Of a stretch of 64,000 nucleotides of DNA, positions 62,951 to 64,000 are shown in pieces; the first letter of the stretch is position 1; each line of letters starts with the position of its first letter. A model generated the notes under the pieces. It did no database searches and was not told the origin of the DNA. It was given only the letters and a program-made list of their open reading frames with translations. The position numbers and the translations under genes are program-made. Origin of the DNA: Pseudomonadota bacterium (GTDB lineage: Bacteria; Pseudomonadota; Alphaproteobacteria; Caulobacterales; Caulobacteraceae); contig JBMOOF010000058.1 in NCBI GenBank assembly GCA_049323695.1, positions 86,554 to 150,553 on the forward strand. The letters are read 5' to 3'.

Positions 62951-64000
62951 TTGTCGCTCGCCCTCGGCCTCTACCGTCTCGGCACGACGCTGCTGGAGCC
63001 GTTCACGCCGGCGATCCTGCGCGCGCGGGCGCGGCGCGGGAAGGAAGACCCGACGCGGCTGGGCGAGCGGCTGGGCCGCGCCTCCCGGGCGCGGCCGGAC
63101 GGGCCGCTGGTCTGGATCCACGCCGTCAGCGTCGGCGAAAGCCAGTCGGTGCTGCCGCTGATCGAGAGGCTGCGGGTCCGTCGGCCGGACGTGACCGTGC
63201 TGGTGACCACCGGCACCGCGACCTCGGCCGCCCTGATGGCGAAACGGCTGCCCGAGGGCGCCATCCACCAGTACGCGCCGCTCGATACCCCGGGCGCGTC
63301 GCGGCGGTTCCTCGACCATTGGCGGCCGGACGCAGGGATTTTCGTCGAAAGCGAACTCTGGCCGAACCTCATCCTCGGCGCCGATGACCGGGGCGCGAGG
63401 CTCCTGCTGCTGTCGGCGCGGGTGACCGAACGGACCGAGCGGGGCTGGGCGAAGGCGCCGGGCCTCGCGCGCCGCGTCCTGCTCGCGTTCGACGCGGTCG
63501 CGCCCCAGGACGAGGCGACCGCCGCCCGGCTGGCGCGGTACGGCGCGACGCCGGGCGCGCGGATCAATCTCAAGTATGTCGGCCGGCCGCTGGCCTGCGA
63601 CGAGGCTGAACTCGCCCGCCTGCGCGAGGAAATCGCGGGCCGTCCGGTGGTGCTGGCGGCCAGCACGCATCCCGGCGAGGAGGCCTTGATCGCCGACGCC
63701 GTGCGCGCGGGCGCCCCGGCGGGGACTCTGCTCATCGTCGCGCCGCGCCACCCCGAGCGCGGCGATGACGTGGCCGCGGTGCTCGGCGCGTCCGTCGCCC
63801 GGCGCTCGCGGCGGGGAGTCGTCGATGCCGGTGCGGCCGCCTACCTCGCCGACACCCTGGGCGAGATGGGGCTCTGGTTCCGGCTGGCCGACGTGGTGAT
63901 CATGGGCGGCAGCTTCGTTCCCGGCATCGGCGGCCACAACCCGCTCGAGCCCGCGCGGCTCGGGGCGGCGATCGTCACCGGCCCGCACATCGCCAACGCC
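62951..64000 (+). CDS. waaA: 3-deoxy-D-manno-octulosonic acid transferase, N-terminal 350 codons; runs off the right edge
   Basis: Own translation from TTG 62951: MSLALGLYRLGTTLLEPF..GKEDP.RLGERLG..PLVWIHAVSVGESQSVLPLI..FVESELWPNL..IVAPRHPERG..GGSF...GGHNPLEPA. Absent from the ORF track because there is no stop in the window. Confidence 0.88.
   Translation, partial: MSLALGLYRLGTTLLEPFTPAILRARARRGKEDPTRLGERLGRASRARPDGPLVWIHAVSVGESQSVLPLIERLRVRRPDVTVLVTTGTATSAALMAKRLPEGAIHQYAPLDTPGASRRFLDHWRPDAGIFVESELWPNLILGADDRGARLLLLSARVTERTERGWAKAPGLARRVLLAFDAVAPQDEATAARLARYGATPGARINLKYVGRPLACDEAELARLREEIAGRPVVLAASTHPGEEALIADAVRAGAPAGTLLIVAPRHPERGDDVAAVLGASVARRSRRGVVDAGAAAYLADTLGEMGLWFRLADVVIMGGSFVPGIGGHNPLEPARLGAAIVTGPHIANA

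Overview
This is a high-GC (about 70% by eye) alphaproteobacterial chromosomal segment. Gene content and synteny look Caulobacterales-like: the ctaC-ctaD-ctaB-ctaG-ctaE-DUF983-surf1-thrC-M16 peptidase block, msbA-DUF374-kdtA, and a plant-type gshA. I call about 62 protein genes. I found no rRNA, tRNA, CRISPR array, transposase or integrase.

Notes on the ORF track:
- Two real genes run off the window edges and are missing from the track: nrdA (1-1253, minus) and waaA/kdtA (62951-64000, plus).
- One 53-codon gene in the cox cluster (22809-22970) is below the track's length cutoff.
- Many long ORFs in the track are GC-driven shadow frames, or fusions of a shadow frame onto a real gene. I kept a frame only when the protein showed recognisable family motifs and a non-shadow composition.
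- The track writes GTG/TTG starts as M. I trimmed several starts to the codon with the best Shine-Dalgarno sequence.

The window is mostly housekeeping. I do not see a convincing new multi-gene system such as a defence island, biosynthetic cluster or secretion system.

The observations most worth a second look are:
1. A tandem pair of diverged outer-membrane receptor paralogs that share a 30/33-identical AT-rich upstream motif.
2. A mosaic palindromic repeat family with compensatory stem substitutions. One copy supplies the C-terminus and stop codon of a gene.
3. A perfect 28-bp inverted repeat that fills a convergent intergenic gap.
4. A RES-Xre toxin-antitoxin insertion with a 12-bp perfect palindromic operator.
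5. A strongly SD-driven 60-codon membrane peptide with a Cys/Gly tail.

All family calls come from reading motifs by eye. No database search was run.
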